Part shown: one piece after another, positions 26,639 through 36,327 of the stretch | Numbering within the stretch: the stretch's first letter is position 1 | How the letters are laid out: each line of letters begins with the position of its first letter | IMG/VR virus record: IMGVR_UViG_3300047407_000118 | Coordinates: 1-64,000 of that record | Source of the DNA: an uncultured virus (IMG/VR IMGVR_UViG_3300047407_000118) | Taxonomy: Duplodnaviria > Heunggongvirae > Uroviricota > Caudoviricetes | Length of the DNA: 64,000 bases | Direction: 5' to 3' (one strand) | Notes under the pieces: generated by a model | The model's input: only the letters and a program-made list of their open reading frames with translations | The model's database searches: none | Told to the model about the DNA's origin: nothing | Position numbers and translations under genes: made by a program

Positions 26639-27247
26639 TTATCCTCGAGGTTGGGCGCCGGTGGCCGGCTTGGGTGGACGTTTGATATTGGCGAAGGGAC
26701 TCTTATTTCCCTGTGGCAGTTCATTGGTGGTCTTGGCAGGCGGTGTCTTCTTACCGGCCACGGTGAAATCTGAACGGTATTGATTCTTCAACACCACATG
26801 GTCATGCGGCTCCGCACTGTAGTCTTTTTTGAGACCTTTTTGTACACGATCCGGTTCCGGTAGATCAGTATTCTTGAGCAAATCTCGATTTTCATCTTTG
26901 ATTTTCTCATACTCATCCACCATGCTGTCGTTGTAGTCCCGGGTGGTCATGACCACACGATTGGGATCAAACTTCAACAGTTGCATCAGCTGTTTGATCT
27001 GGGGCTCGATCGCGGGGTAGCGGAAGCTCACATCAAACATGGTCACGCTATCGTTTTGAAAATTTGGGAAGTCTGTGGGTATGGCCTGGATCGGCGTGGT
27101 ACGTGTGTCACTCATGCGTACCGGATCAAATTGATCCAATTTTTGCTTGAGCTGTCGGATCAGCTCTTCGGGTACTCGACCGCACAATTTGATGCGATAA
27201 TCGTAGGTTCTTTCGCTTTCAGCTAGGTATTTTGCAAATGGTTTCAT
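26639..27247 (-). CDS. hypothetical late protein
   Basis: 202 aa, TAAATA upstream, N-terminus MKPFAKYLAE. Confidence 0.7.
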   Translation of the reverse strand: MKPFAKYLAESERTYDYRIKLCGRVPEELIRQLKQKLDQFDPVRMSDTRTTPIQAIPTDFPNFQNDSVTMFDVSFRYPAIEPQIKQLMQLLKFDPNRVVMTTRDYNDSMVDEYEKIKDENRDLLKNTDLPEPDRVQKGLKKDYSAEPHDHVVLKNQYRSDFTVAGKKTPPAKTTNELPQGNKSPFANIKRPPKPATGAQPRG

Positions 27248-27268
27248 AGACGGTATCCTTGCCTATAT

Positions 27269-27754
27269 TTATGATTTGACGTCTTTTTGAGCCGCGCCGC
27301 CCAGGATTCTATCCAGCAGTTCGTTGCGGCTCAACACCACACCATGCCCGGTCTGGGGCGGGGGCGCGTTGTCCTGAGTCTGATCCAATCGAGCCTTTTT
27401 CAGCTGTAGATCTATCATCTTGAGCTTTTTGTCCAGTTTGGCTGTCTTGGCTGTTATGGCATGCCCCAGCATGTTGCTGGCCACGGCAAATATTTCGCTG
27501 GCAAATCTGGGTTCCACATTCATGCCCAGGGTCATGAGTTCCTCATAACTGGTCTTGGCCATGCCCGCCAGATCGTCCATCTCGCTGTCGGTGGCTTCCA
27601 GACCGCGCACACCGGGCAGGGCAGCGTCAATCTTGTCTATGGTGGCATCCAGCACCGTGATAATTTCGGGATTGGGCTGCATGACCGGTTCTATTGGCAA
27701 TTCTGTTTGATCCTGAGGAGGCAAATCAAATAACTCTTGGAGTTTGGTGTTCAT
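27269..27754 (-). CDS. probable terminase small subunit (gp16-like)
   Basis: Helical EPRFASEIFAVASNML core and SRNELL tail resembling T4-like gp16; start MNTKL after TAAATA. Confidence 0.55.
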   Translation of the reverse strand: MNTKLQELFDLPPQDQTELPIEPVMQPNPEIITVLDATIDKIDAALPGVRGLEATDSEMDDLAGMAKTSYEELMTLGMNVEPRFASEIFAVASNMLGHAITAKTAKLDKKLKMIDLQLKKARLDQTQDNAPPPQTGHGVVLSRNELLDRILGGAAQKDVKS

Positions 27755-27803
27755 ACCATATTTATTGTTTTGGTCAACTAGCACTAGGTTCGTGACCGTG
27801 AGA

Positions 27804-28235
27804 TCAGCTCTTGCCCTGATGGAACAATTGATCTTCATTGAGTACCCGAAAAACTATGCCCTGTTTACGGCACCAGACCTGGGCCGCGGCCCACTTGTGA
27901 TGATTCAGCGCCACGATCATGCGATCTTTCTGGGTCATGCGACCTTCTATCAGGCTCTGCTTCCGGGGTTTGATTTCGATCAGCTCGGTGCACACCTTGT
28001 TGTGCCGAGTGCGATAACGTATCAGGATGTCGGGCACATAGCTGGTCATCTTGCCCGTGAACGGATTGCGGTAGGGAATGAATACTGGTTCCGAAGCCCA
28101 CTCTAACACATTTTCATTGCGATCACAAAAGGTAAAGAATGAAAATTCCCAGCTGGATCTATAGGTGGGTAAACCTTTGCCCAGGTATTTGCCGGGGTTG
28201 GTGGGTTGGAATTTGCCCCGAGCCCAATGTGTCAT
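27804..28235 (-). CDS. head completion nuclease, T4 gp4-like
   Basis: YRSSWE, WASE..IPY, YVPD, IEIKP, NHHKWAAA. Confidence 0.9.
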   Translation of the reverse strand: MTHWARGKFQPTNPGKYLGKGLPTYRSSWEFSFFTFCDRNENVLEWASEPVFIPYRNPFTGKMTSYVPDILIRYRTRHNKVCTELIEIKPRKQSLIEGRMTQKDRMIVALNHHKWAAAQVWCRKQGIVFRVLNEDQLFHQGKS

Positions 28236-28591
28236 TGCAGTATATTACGAGCTGCGTAGAAATTGGCCTGTACCGGAACACCCACACCGATCAGGGCCGC
28301 ACGATCACGTACCAGGTTGAGGTAGTAGGCAAGATTGGCCGTGAGGTTGAGACCGCCCTGTCCTTGAAATCCCTGCAACAGAGTCATGACCGGGATCTTG
28401 GTTTCATGTGCCACCCTGAACAGACTCACTGTGAGGTTGCCAGCCGACACTCGACTCTGTGTGTTGGCCAGGAAAAACGAATGTACCAAATCATATTCGT
28501 CTGCGGGTACCGAGGTGTCATAATTGTAAAATTGATCAAACACTCGTACTGTGAGATCTTTGTTGTAATTGGTATCGTTTATGGAGCTCAT
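28232..28591 (-). CDS. hypothetical protein
   Basis: 119 aa, translationally coupled in the tail operon. Confidence 0.7.
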   Translation of the reverse strand: MSSINDTNYNKDLTVRVFDQFYNYDTSVPADEYDLVHSFFLANTQSRVSAGNLTVSLFRVAHETKIPVMTLLQGFQGQGGLNLTANLAYYLNLVRDRAALIGVGVPVQANFYAARNILQ

Positions 28592-29739
28592 GGATTGTTA
28601 GGAGTCTGTGCAGTTGGAAAGAACACACCGGTCTTGGTATTCATGATGTTGCGTACGCCTTGGCTGTTGGCACCTTGAGCCAATACCGCGGTGCCCAGAG
28701 CAGTGGCTTCGCTCACTGCTGTGGCAGCCACATTGCCGCCCTGGTAGGTATTGTAAGTACGCATGGCTTTTTGCGCGGCACCCACCAGACCACCCACGCT
28801 GCCGCTCTGTAGATCACCCAGGATACCAGCACCCGCATCCAACAATCCACCTTGGCCAAATATGGTACGATTGGCGCCGGGTCTTGCGATGGGACTGAGT
28901 CGGGTATCGTAGTGGGCCGGATCCGCAAAACCCTGTACATTCACATCAGGACGATTTTTACCAACAGCGCCCGAATAGTATTTCACAGTCTCGTACAGTA
29001 TGGTCATGTTGTGTTGCATGATACCATTGCCTTGGCTATAATCATATTGATCGTGATTCCAGGATTTGATCACGGGGTTGATCAAGATGTATTCGGCAAA
29101 CTTGCGCTGATCCAGACCATAGATCCTGATGTCGCGAAAGAAAGCGGGTTTACCGTCGGGGCCACAATAGCCATTCTGCCAAGTTTCACCGATATAACCC
29201 CAGTCCTTGACCGGCAAACTGTCATTGTAAATATCTCGAGCATTGTACCCAAATCCCGCGGTGCGGTTGGCACTGGCACCCACGCTGCCATTGGTATTGT
29301 TGGGATCAAGATATCTCTGAGTGGGATCTTGGTAGTAGTAACTGAAATAGTAGTACCAGAGCCTGCGAGCATTGTCACCACCATCGTCATGGAACGTGAT
29401 GTTGACCGGCTGATAATCAATACGAGTCTGTACCACACGTTTGCGATTGTATTGATTGAGTGGTTCGGCCTGGATCTCAAACTTGGGCAGTTCCACCGTC
29501 TTGACCAAGAGACTCAATTTGGCCACATCATCATTGCTGAACACACCGCGGAGATAGGGTATCTCTTGAGTGTTGATGGTAAAGCTCACATGATAGAGAA
29601 ACTTGTAGCGTGGCTTGAGTTCATAGCTGTTGGTGGTAAAGGTACGGCTTGCGTGAGTGTAATCACGCAAGGTTTCCGTACCGATAAAACCTTTCAGTAT
29701 CTGATCGCCGATACCAAACGGACCGCCACCATTGGCCAA
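28588..29739 (-). CDS. tail tube-related protein (gp54/gp48-like initiator)
   Basis: VKTVELPKF, NQYNRKR, YQPVNITFHDD, LINP, YE tube-fold motifs; follows the tube gene; TTG start. Confidence 0.6.
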   Translation of the reverse strand: MANGGGPFGIGDQILKGFIGTETLRDYTHASRTFTTNSYELKPRYKFLYHVSFTINTQEIPYLRGVFSNDDVAKLSLLVKTVELPKFEIQAEPLNQYNRKRVVQTRIDYQPVNITFHDDGGDNARRLWYYYFSYYYQDPTQRYLDPNNTNGSVGASANRTAGFGYNARDIYNDSLPVKDWGYIGETWQNGYCGPDGKPAFFRDIRIYGLDQRKFAEYILINPVIKSWNHDQYDYSQGNGIMQHNMTILYETVKYYSGAVGKNRPDVNVQGFADPAHYDTRLSPIARPGANRTIFGQGGLLDAGAGILGDLQSGSVGGLVGAAQKAMRTYNTYQGGNVAATAVSEATALGTAVLAQGANSQGVRNIMNTKTGVFFPTAQTPNNP

Positions 29740-29755
29740 AGCCTATCTCCAGGAC

Positions 29756-30397
29756 TTAGACCGCGGTCTGCGTGGTGCCAGCGCCAGTTACCACATCGCC
29801 TAGCGTACGACCAATCGCAGTACCAACACCAGTACCATTGGGTGTCTGGTTAGCGTTGTCATATGTGATGGCCAGAGTGATAGTGACTGGTGCGTTTTCC
29901 GCATAGCTCAACTGATTGTAATTGGCGTTCTTGATATAACAACCATACAGTTCCCAGGTTTCAAGAACCACGGGAGTAGCTGCGCCGTTGCCACCGTCCA
30001 GGATTTCTACCTTGGTCAAGAACTTGTAGTCGATACCCGAAGCAGCCGATGCCATTTCCAGGAAGTCCATCTGCTTCTGTAACTGTTCGCCTACCAGTTT
30101 GCTGACCGATCCCGAAGCGTCATCACGCAGCTCACAGTTGACATCGGGCCAGCTGGCTTTACCAGCTAGCTTCAAGGTGCTGTTGTAGATGGGCAACGTG
30201 ATTTCTTCAAACGTGGGGTTGGGTCGATCAAACGTCATGACCTGTTTGGTCAGTTCGGTTGTGGGTTTTGAAATACCAAAGTTTTCAAATGATACCCGGA
30301 AACGATACTTGAGTTTGGGCATCAACAGGCCCTGGGTGCTCGAGCTCTGATCGCTCGCCAGGGGCACTGTCATTCGTTGTAGTGAGCTAACTGCCAT
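29756..30397 (-). CDS. tail tube protein, gp19-like
   Basis: PKLKYRFRV, LAGKASW, LRDD, ETWELYGC, ITYDNA; directly after the sheath gene. Confidence 0.85.
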   Translation of the reverse strand: MAVSSLQRMTVPLASDQSSSTQGLLMPKLKYRFRVSFENFGISKPTTELTKQVMTFDRPNPTFEEITLPIYNSTLKLAGKASWPDVNCELRDDASGSVSKLVGEQLQKQMDFLEMASAASGIDYKFLTKVEILDGGNGAATPVVLETWELYGCYIKNANYNQLSYAENAPVTITLAITYDNANQTPNGTGVGTAIGRTLGDVVTGAGTTQTAV

Positions 30398-30415
30398 TTG
30401 TGATCTCCTATAAGT

Positions 30416-30459
30416 TTATTTACCAGAAAGTGTGACCAGACAAGATCTGGTCACCTTTC
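30416..30459 (-). promoter_or_regulatory. hairpin after sheath gene followed by late promoter for tube gene
   Basis: GAAAGGTGACCAGA-loop-TCTGGTCACACTTTC then TAAATA and AGGAG. Confidence 0.6.
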
Positions 30460-30460
30460 G

Positions 30461-33400
30461 TTAGCGTCCTGCTGCTCCAGAGATTTCACCGGTGTTCTTG
30501 ATGCGCAAGGGGATATAGATAAACTCCACTGCCTTGACCGGTTCTATGGCAATATCAACCCAGAGTTCGCTACGATCTATGCGGGCCGGTGTGTTGTTGC
30601 TGAGATCGCAAACCACCAGATAGTCATAGATTGCGCGTTTGGCTATCAAATCAATCATCAAACTGTTCACAGTATTGGTGATTTCGTTACGAGTGATCTG
30701 ATCATTGGGCTCAAACAGATACAGCTTGCCAATTTCTTCCAGGCGACCGCGTAGGTAGCAGATCAAACGTGCCACATTGATACGATCCAGCGCAGTGGTA
30801 ACTGACAGCGAAGTCTTGTTACCAAAGTTCACGATACCCACACCCGGAATGAACGTGATGGGATTTACATTGTGTTCGTACAGGATATCACGCACTGCCT
30901 GACTGCAAGAGATTTGTACGAATTCGCCTGTGGCTGCATCAATGTAACCAATCGCTGTGGCATTGTCCACCACGCCGCGACGTGTACCTGCGGGAGCCAA
31001 CCAAGGATAGCTCACAGCATCGCTGCGCAGTATGGTACGAACCATCATGTGGCTGGGCGGTGCTACCACGCTGTTGCCCGATAGATCGTTGGTCTGGCAG
31101 CTGGGATAGAATGTGGCCATATAGTTGCTGGTAGCCACCAGGCCATCTTCGGCCGGGAGACCCAGACCATTGCGGTTTGTGGCCCATTCAACCAGACTGT
31201 TACCATCTGGTCCCAGACGCATGGGTGTATCACCCACCACGAACAGGGTGTTGTTGCGTTCATTGCTGAGCGCAATCATGTTGGGCTCTAGTTCAGGATA
31301 GGCCGGGCAAGCGATAATGTTGAACTGGTTCTGTTCTTCACGTGCAGCTTCGCTGGTGTCAATGGCCGACTTCATGGCCTTGACTATCACCTGGCGCTGG
31401 GCCAAGCGTCCACCCCACATAGCACCATTGTCACGATTGCCCGAAGCCGACAACCAGGTGTTGGTCACTGTGACTATTTGCCAATAGTTCACGTTGGTGC
31501 CGGGCGTGTGATTCACATTGGCATTGGACATGGAGATGTAGTTGAAGTCGTTATAGCTTACATAGCTACCAATGGTATAGGACGTGGTAGGCGACCATGG
31601 ATCAGCTGGATAGGATGTGCTGTTGAAGTAATCCCGCTGGAAGGTCTTGACGTTGTAACCCGAACGTCGTGTGTTGAACATCAACATGCCTTGTGGATAT
31701 AGCGCAGGATCAGGTGCGTCAAGATCCAGATAATCACTGGTCAACAGACTCACGATACTGGGTATGGCATCGCTGATGGGATCTGTGGTACCATTGGGTG
31801 CCCAACGTGCGTCAGCAAACAAGATACCGTTCTGTGTGACTTGATCTGTGGTATCGATAGAGACCCATTGCGCTTGGCCACTTACCAACTGCCAGCGATA
31901 GAGCTTGGGATAGTTTTCCAAATCGCTGGTGTCCAACCAGAGATCACCATACACCAAGGGACTTTCTGCATCATCATTCTGTGTCATGGGTGCGGTGGCC
32001 GAGCATATGGGTCCGCTGGCATTGGTCAGTGTAAGGTCGTAGCCACGAACATCATTGCTAACGTTCTGATAACCTTGCCATTGACCGTTGTCCTGGATCA
32101 TGATGTCCACTTGAGTAGCTGTGCTATAATACCACATGGTTCCGTCTGCTGGATCTTGATCGGGCGCGGTGTCCATGGCAGTATAGGTGAACAAGGGCGC
32201 GGTGACCAAATTAGACAGTATCAATCGACCTGGGGTCGTGAATGATTGGCGAACCTTGGGCGTTGACAAGGTAAAACCAGCAGTGGTTATTGGATTGCCT
32301 GTGCCCGGAGTCAGACTGATCCAACCACCGGCACTGTGAGTGAACACAATATTACCAGCACTGTTCACCGATGCACTGACATAGGGCACCGCGGCTGCGG
32401 ATACTGCTGCAATAAAATCAGCCACCGAACCAGTTCCACCTATGGTCACTGTACTGGTGATGCTGCTAGTGGTTCCGGGTTGGCTACCAGCCATGGCAAA
32501 AGTATTACCGGGTGTGAACGCATTGCCGGTGGGTGTACTGGTACCAGTAACGATAGTTTGTCCAAACGCATACTGTTCCAGGATTTCAAAACACATGGTG
32601 TCTAGTGGCACTGTTTCATAGTAGTTGGCCATGGGGTTGATGTAGGTGGTACCCACGGGAATAGTACGACCACCATTCACAGGATCCAACCCATATATGG
32701 CCTGAGATATGCCGTCATATGCGGGTGTTTTCTGAGCTATCCATTCGCCCAGCGTGGCGCTCCATTTCTTGATACGGATATCCAAGCCATAGTTCACTGT
32801 GCTGAGATTGTTCCAGACCGACCCTGTGGGATGTGGTGCTGTGTCAGTGGTTCTCCAGCGCGGAGCTTGGTAGCTGTAGCTGGCAAGATATGTGGGTGCC
32901 AGATAGGTATTGACCGTGATGCCCAGGGCCGCCAGCAGTGCAGCACCTAGATTTGGTCCTTGTTCGATAGTGATCAATCCACCATCACCAGACGAACCGT
33001 CATTTGTGGCTGTGCTATCACAGAACAATTGCAGACGTCCACTTTTGACCATGGCCGATACGCCGGTAATGGCCGCATTGTTGATGGCAGTGGCAAATCC
33101 TGCCACAGTCAATGCCGTTGATCCTGCGCCCACAGTGACCAGGGTACCATTGATATACATGTTGGCACCATTGGTCAAGCTGTTGGGGGTAGCTGTACCT
33201 GCCACTGTGGGCCAGCTCATTTTCCAGTCATCGCTGCCTACCAGTACCCAGACGTTGTCAGAGTTTTTGTAGTAACCATACATAGGCACACTGAGAGCTG
33301 TGATAGCATAATCACCGATGCTGCCATAGCTGGTCACGGGAGTATAATCACCACCAGCAGCATCCACCACATATTCGACTTCGGTAATGACCAAGGGGGT

Positions 33401-33877
33401 TTTCACCGTGAATTGAGCTGTGGATTGATTCCATTCCTGGATACCCCACTGCGTGGTCGAAGTATCCAACCAATAGGTGCCATTGTTGGCGTTGCCCGTG
33501 GGGCGAACCAGACTGGCTGTGAGTTCGGTCAGATTGATGTTTGCACGTTGCACATAGCAACGATTGGTCACGCCCAGGGCGCTATAGGCAGCCAGCAAAC
33601 CGTATTCGTTGAGTTCATATCCATTGATGGGAGTACCGGTCGTGGTATTGTAGAAAAACGGTACACCAAAAGTGGCTACTAAATCACGTTGGCTTGTGAT
33701 TAAATAGGTTTTATCGGCATTGGCTGCGGTCGTACCAGCAGCAACGGTTACGCCGTCACCAGAAACTTTGTTTTGTGCAGTAGCTATCAAGAAGTAAGGT
33801 ACAGTGTTGACTGCCGAGGGAATGTATTGGCTTTCGTCAATAACTGTTACTTCTACGCCAGGTGATGTCAGGGCCAT
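30461..33877 (-). CDS. tail sheath protein, gp18-like
   Basis: MALTSPGVEVTVIDES start; PWLAPAGTRRG, VNPI, GNKT, ALDRINVARL, LFEPND, PVKAVEFIYI. Confidence 0.95.
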   Translation of the reverse strand: MALTSPGVEVTVIDESQYIPSAVNTVPYFLIATAQNKVSGDGVTVAAGTTAANADKTYLITSQRDLVATFGVPFFYNTTTGTPINGYELNEYGLLAAYSALGVTNRCYVQRANINLTELTASLVRPTGNANNGTYWLDTSTTQWGIQEWNQSTAQFTVKTPLVITEVEYVVDAAGGDYTPVTSYGSIGDYAITALSVPMYGYYKNSDNVWVLVGSDDWKMSWPTVAGTATPNSLTNGANMYINGTLVTVGAGSTALTVAGFATAINNAAITGVSAMVKSGRLQLFCDSTATNDGSSGDGGLITIEQGPNLGAALLAALGITVNTYLAPTYLASYSYQAPRWRTTDTAPHPTGSVWNNLSTVNYGLDIRIKKWSATLGEWIAQKTPAYDGISQAIYGLDPVNGGRTIPVGTTYINPMANYYETVPLDTMCFEILEQYAFGQTIVTGTSTPTGNAFTPGNTFAMAGSQPGTTSSITSTVTIGGTGSVADFIAAVSAAAVPYVSASVNSAGNIVFTHSAGGWISLTPGTGNPITTAGFTLSTPKVRQSFTTPGRLILSNLVTAPLFTYTAMDTAPDQDPADGTMWYYSTATQVDIMIQDNGQWQGYQNVSNDVRGYDLTLTNASGPICSATAPMTQNDDAESPLVYGDLWLDTSDLENYPKLYRWQLVSGQAQWVSIDTTDQVTQNGILFADARWAPNGTTDPISDAIPSIVSLLTSDYLDLDAPDPALYPQGMLMFNTRRSGYNVKTFQRDYFNSTSYPADPWSPTTSYTIGSYVSYNDFNYISMSNANVNHTPGTNVNYWQIVTVTNTWLSASGNRDNGAMWGGRLAQRQVIVKAMKSAIDTSEAAREEQNQFNIIACPAYPELEPNMIALSNERNNTLFVVGDTPMRLGPDGNSLVEWATNRNGLGLPAEDGLVATSNYMATFYPSCQTNDLSGNSVVAPPSHMMVRTILRSDAVSYPWLAPAGTRRGVVDNATAIGYIDAATGEFVQISCSQAVRDILYEHNVNPITFIPGVGIVNFGNKTSLSVTTALDRINVARLICYLRGRLEEIGKLYLFEPNDQITRNEITNTVNSLMIDLIAKRAIYDYLVVCDLSNNTPARIDRSELWVDIAIEPVKAVEFIYIPLRIKNTGEISGAAGR

Positions 33878-33979
33878 TTTGAGGTTTCCTTGTAAAAAGT
33901 TATAGTGATATTTACCGGAAGCCACAAAAAAACCACCGCTAGAACGCCCTTTGGCCAAGGTTCGTGAGTTAAATAGAGG

Positions 33980-34327
33980 ATGACTCGTCCCATTTGCGCT
34001 GCCTGCGGTCAACGTCCCTGTGCCGTAAACTATCACGGCCTGGATCGCATACACTATCGACGTCGCTGCGAAAATTGTCAACGCCGGAATCGAGGTATAC
34101 GCCCGCATCGGCCGCGATGGGAGATAGCGGGCTATCGCAAAAAAATAGTGTGTGATCTATGCGGATTCCGGGCTAGATACAGTGCCCAGATCCTGGTGTA
34201 TCACATGGATGGCAGATTGACCAACGTGGAACCCAAAAATCTACGCAGCGTATGCCGTAACTGCGAAATCGCTGTGTCTAGGGGCGATTCGCCAGCGCGG
34301 CCGGGAGATCTGGAACCAGATCTCTGA
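33980..34327 (+). CDS. zinc-binding HNH-like protein
   Basis: CAAC, CENC, CDLC, VYHMDG..N...NL..VCRNC; TAAATA 4 nt upstream. Confidence 0.7.
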   Translation: MTRPICAACGQRPCAVNYHGLDRIHYRRRCENCQRRNRGIRPHRPRWEIAGYRKKIVCDLCGFRARYSAQILVYHMDGRLTNVEPKNLRSVCRNCEIAVSRGDSPARPGDLEPDL

Positions 34328-34952
34328 CTTGATCGTAGAGATTTTCCAAGCTACCATTGTTGTCAATGTGATGATCAAATCTATTGCCTACCCAGGCCCA
34401 CTCGCTTTCATGGATCCGGTACCGAAACATGCTTTCTTCTAGATCGGCCACGATGCGCATGATGGTACGTTGTTCATCGTTGGCCCGGTTGTAACATACC
34501 GCCCAGTCATACCAAACTGGTCTCGCACCACGCTCAACCCAGACGAGTTTAGCGCCAGCATTGCGTAAAGCTTCGATCTCATTGGGAAATCTACAGTCAG
34601 AAATAACTATATCATCGGTGGTTTTGCGCAGTTTGTTTTCCAGGCTTGCTACCCAGATATTGTCATGGAATCCGCGACGGCACACTTCGGTTCCCCACTG
34701 CTGCAATACCCATCTCGGGGTGAGATTGGGTATCTGTAATTTTTCAGCCCACCACTGATCCACCTGTTCGCGCCAGGCCCGGCTGGTTTGGGTGCGCCCT
34801 TCCAGCATTTCGCGATCCCAACCAAATACCATACCAACAGCATCTTTGAGTGTGCTGGCAAAACTGTCGCGTCGAAATCCATGGGAATTTACCAAATAGT
34901 CAGCCATGGTGTCTTTGCCCGACCCTTGCCAACCGCAAATCGCGATGATCAT
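34278..34952 (-). CDS. deoxynucleoside monophosphate kinase, T4 gp1-like
   Basis: GWQGSGKDT, SFASTLKD, TPRWVLQQWGTE, ISDCRFPNE, HESE. Confidence 0.9.
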   Translation of the reverse strand: MIIAICGWQGSGKDTMADYLVNSHGFRRDSFASTLKDAVGMVFGWDREMLEGRTQTSRAWREQVDQWWAEKLQIPNLTPRWVLQQWGTEVCRRGFHDNIWVASLENKLRKTTDDIVISDCRFPNEIEALRNAGAKLVWVERGARPVWYDWAVCYNRANDEQRTIMRIVADLEESMFRYRIHESEWAWVGNRFDHHIDNNGSLENLYDQVRDLVPDLPAALANRP

Positions 34953-35473
34953 TTCAGTTCCTTTATCTTGAGATACTCCAGTACATCCCACAACAGCAAT
35001 ATCTGGCAACAGCAATCTTCCAGGGCGTTGTGGCTGGCTGGATAGCGTTCCAGGCCGGGAGCGAGGCTAAACAAGGTGCGGCTGTCGCGCACTGCGAAAT
35101 ACTTCCAGGGCAGCGCCATGTTGAGACTCTTGTAGGCATGTTCCAGGATGGTCATGTCATAGCAGGGTCCTTGCGCCCAGACGTGCCGGGCATGCCAGAC
35201 CATACGGGTCAACCCCTCCAAGGCCTCGCGCAGACACACACGGTCTTGTTCCTGGAACGCATCATCACGTATATCGTGGGGTTGGGTGGCCCACCATTCT
35301 AGAGTACCTTGCTCGATGCGGCGATCAGCCTGGCTCTCCATGTCCACACGCACATAGAATTGGCGCCCCAATTTATCACGAGTCAAAGGGTCAAACTCAA
35401 CCGCGGCAATGGTTAGTATGGTAGCATCGGGCCCGGTGCCTAGCCCTTCAATATCGATCATGACATCAGTCAT
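34949..35473 (-). CDS. DEDDh 3'-5' exonuclease (Rv2179c-like)
   Basis: MIDIE, TLEWW, WAQG..YD, RDSRT, HNALED. Confidence 0.8.
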   Translation of the reverse strand: MTDVMIDIEGLGTGPDATILTIAAVEFDPLTRDKLGRQFYVRVDMESQADRRIEQGTLEWWATQPHDIRDDAFQEQDRVCLREALEGLTRMVWHARHVWAQGPCYDMTILEHAYKSLNMALPWKYFAVRDSRTLFSLAPGLERYPASHNALEDCCCQILLLWDVLEYLKIKELK

Positions 35474-35479
35474 GATGCG

Positions 35480-35508
35480 ATTATAGTTGAAAACTACAGC
35501 ACTGTCAA
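35480..35508 (-). promoter_or_regulatory. consensus sigma70 promoter
   Basis: TTGACA(35508-03)-17 bp-TATAAT(35485-80), ATG 6 nt downstream. Confidence 0.85.
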
Positions 35509-35515
35509 AATTGCT

Positions 35516-36286
35516 CTAGCCAATCACCCAGGTAATGGGCTGAGAACCATCCACATAGGCCTTGAGTTGCTCGAGCAAGGCATCCATTTGGGCCTGGGCT
35601 TCGGTTTTCATGGCAGTACCATTGAGGGTGCTGCCGCCCTGGGGACCGGCTATGGTACCAAATTTTTCGCGAGCTTCGCCTATGATCATCTTGCAGTTGG
35701 CCACCATGTAGTCCCGCATCCATTGAGAAATTTGGAAATCGCTCAAGAGGTTGATCTCGGGCTTGAGGTTATAGGTCCATAGCAGTATGGCTTCGTTGCT
35801 GCCCTTGGGATCACGGATCAGTTGCAGCTTCTTGGTCACGGGGTTGTAGGTGTAATTGATGTATCCACCAAACATGCGAGCTGCTAGTTCCACGTACTGG
35901 CTGTAGAAATCATAGGTGGCTAGACCACCGGCCACGTTGAAGTTCATGAGATATACATTCAGGCTGGCCTGTGCAAAGGGATCAAAATTGGATGCAAATG
36001 GGCCTGTGGCATCACCAAATGTACGCCGGAAAATCTGGCGCACCGATATCACTTCCTGGGGCAATTGATAGATGTTTTCATCCTTGACCAGGTACATGAA
36101 ACTGTAGCTTTCTTCATAGGCATTCTGGGCTCGCTGACGATAGGTGCCCAGGGTCTTTTGATAGGCAGCTTCGTAGTCCTCGGGATCGAGTTCCACATCA
36201 ATAATGTTAGCACCCAATTGGGCGCTCACATATTTTATTAGAGCTTGTTTGAGTTCAGCGAGAGTATCTTGTTGTTGCTCGGCCAT
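35516..36286 (-). CDS. neck protein, gp13-like
   Basis: LGANIIDVELD N-terminus; KFGTIAGPQGGSTLNG C-terminus. Confidence 0.8.
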   Translation of the reverse strand: MAEQQQDTLAELKQALIKYVSAQLGANIIDVELDPEDYEAAYQKTLGTYRQRAQNAYEESYSFMYLVKDENIYQLPQEVISVRQIFRRTFGDATGPFASNFDPFAQASLNVYLMNFNVAGGLATYDFYSQYVELAARMFGGYINYTYNPVTKKLQLIRDPKGSNEAILLWTYNLKPEINLLSDFQISQWMRDYMVANCKMIIGEAREKFGTIAGPQGGSTLNGTAMKTEAQAQMDALLEQLKAYVDGSQPITWVIG

Positions 36287-36290
36287 GGTT

Positions 36291-36322
36291 GGGTTCCTTG
36301 TGCATATTTAGCCCAGGAACCC
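36291..36322 (-). promoter_or_regulatory. RBS-sequestering hairpin with late promoter in loop
   Basis: GGGTTCCT...TAAATA...AGGAACCC, 4 nt before ATG. Confidence 0.7.
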
Positions 36323-36327
36323 TCTCG

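Noticed and set aside
28852..29853. 333-aa plus-strand ORF
   Set aside because: Antisense to the tube-related genes, with no recognisable motifs.
33878..34108. 77-aa N-terminal extension of the sheath ORF
   Set aside because: Canonical MALTSPGV start with RBS at 33877; the extension overlaps a divergent gene.
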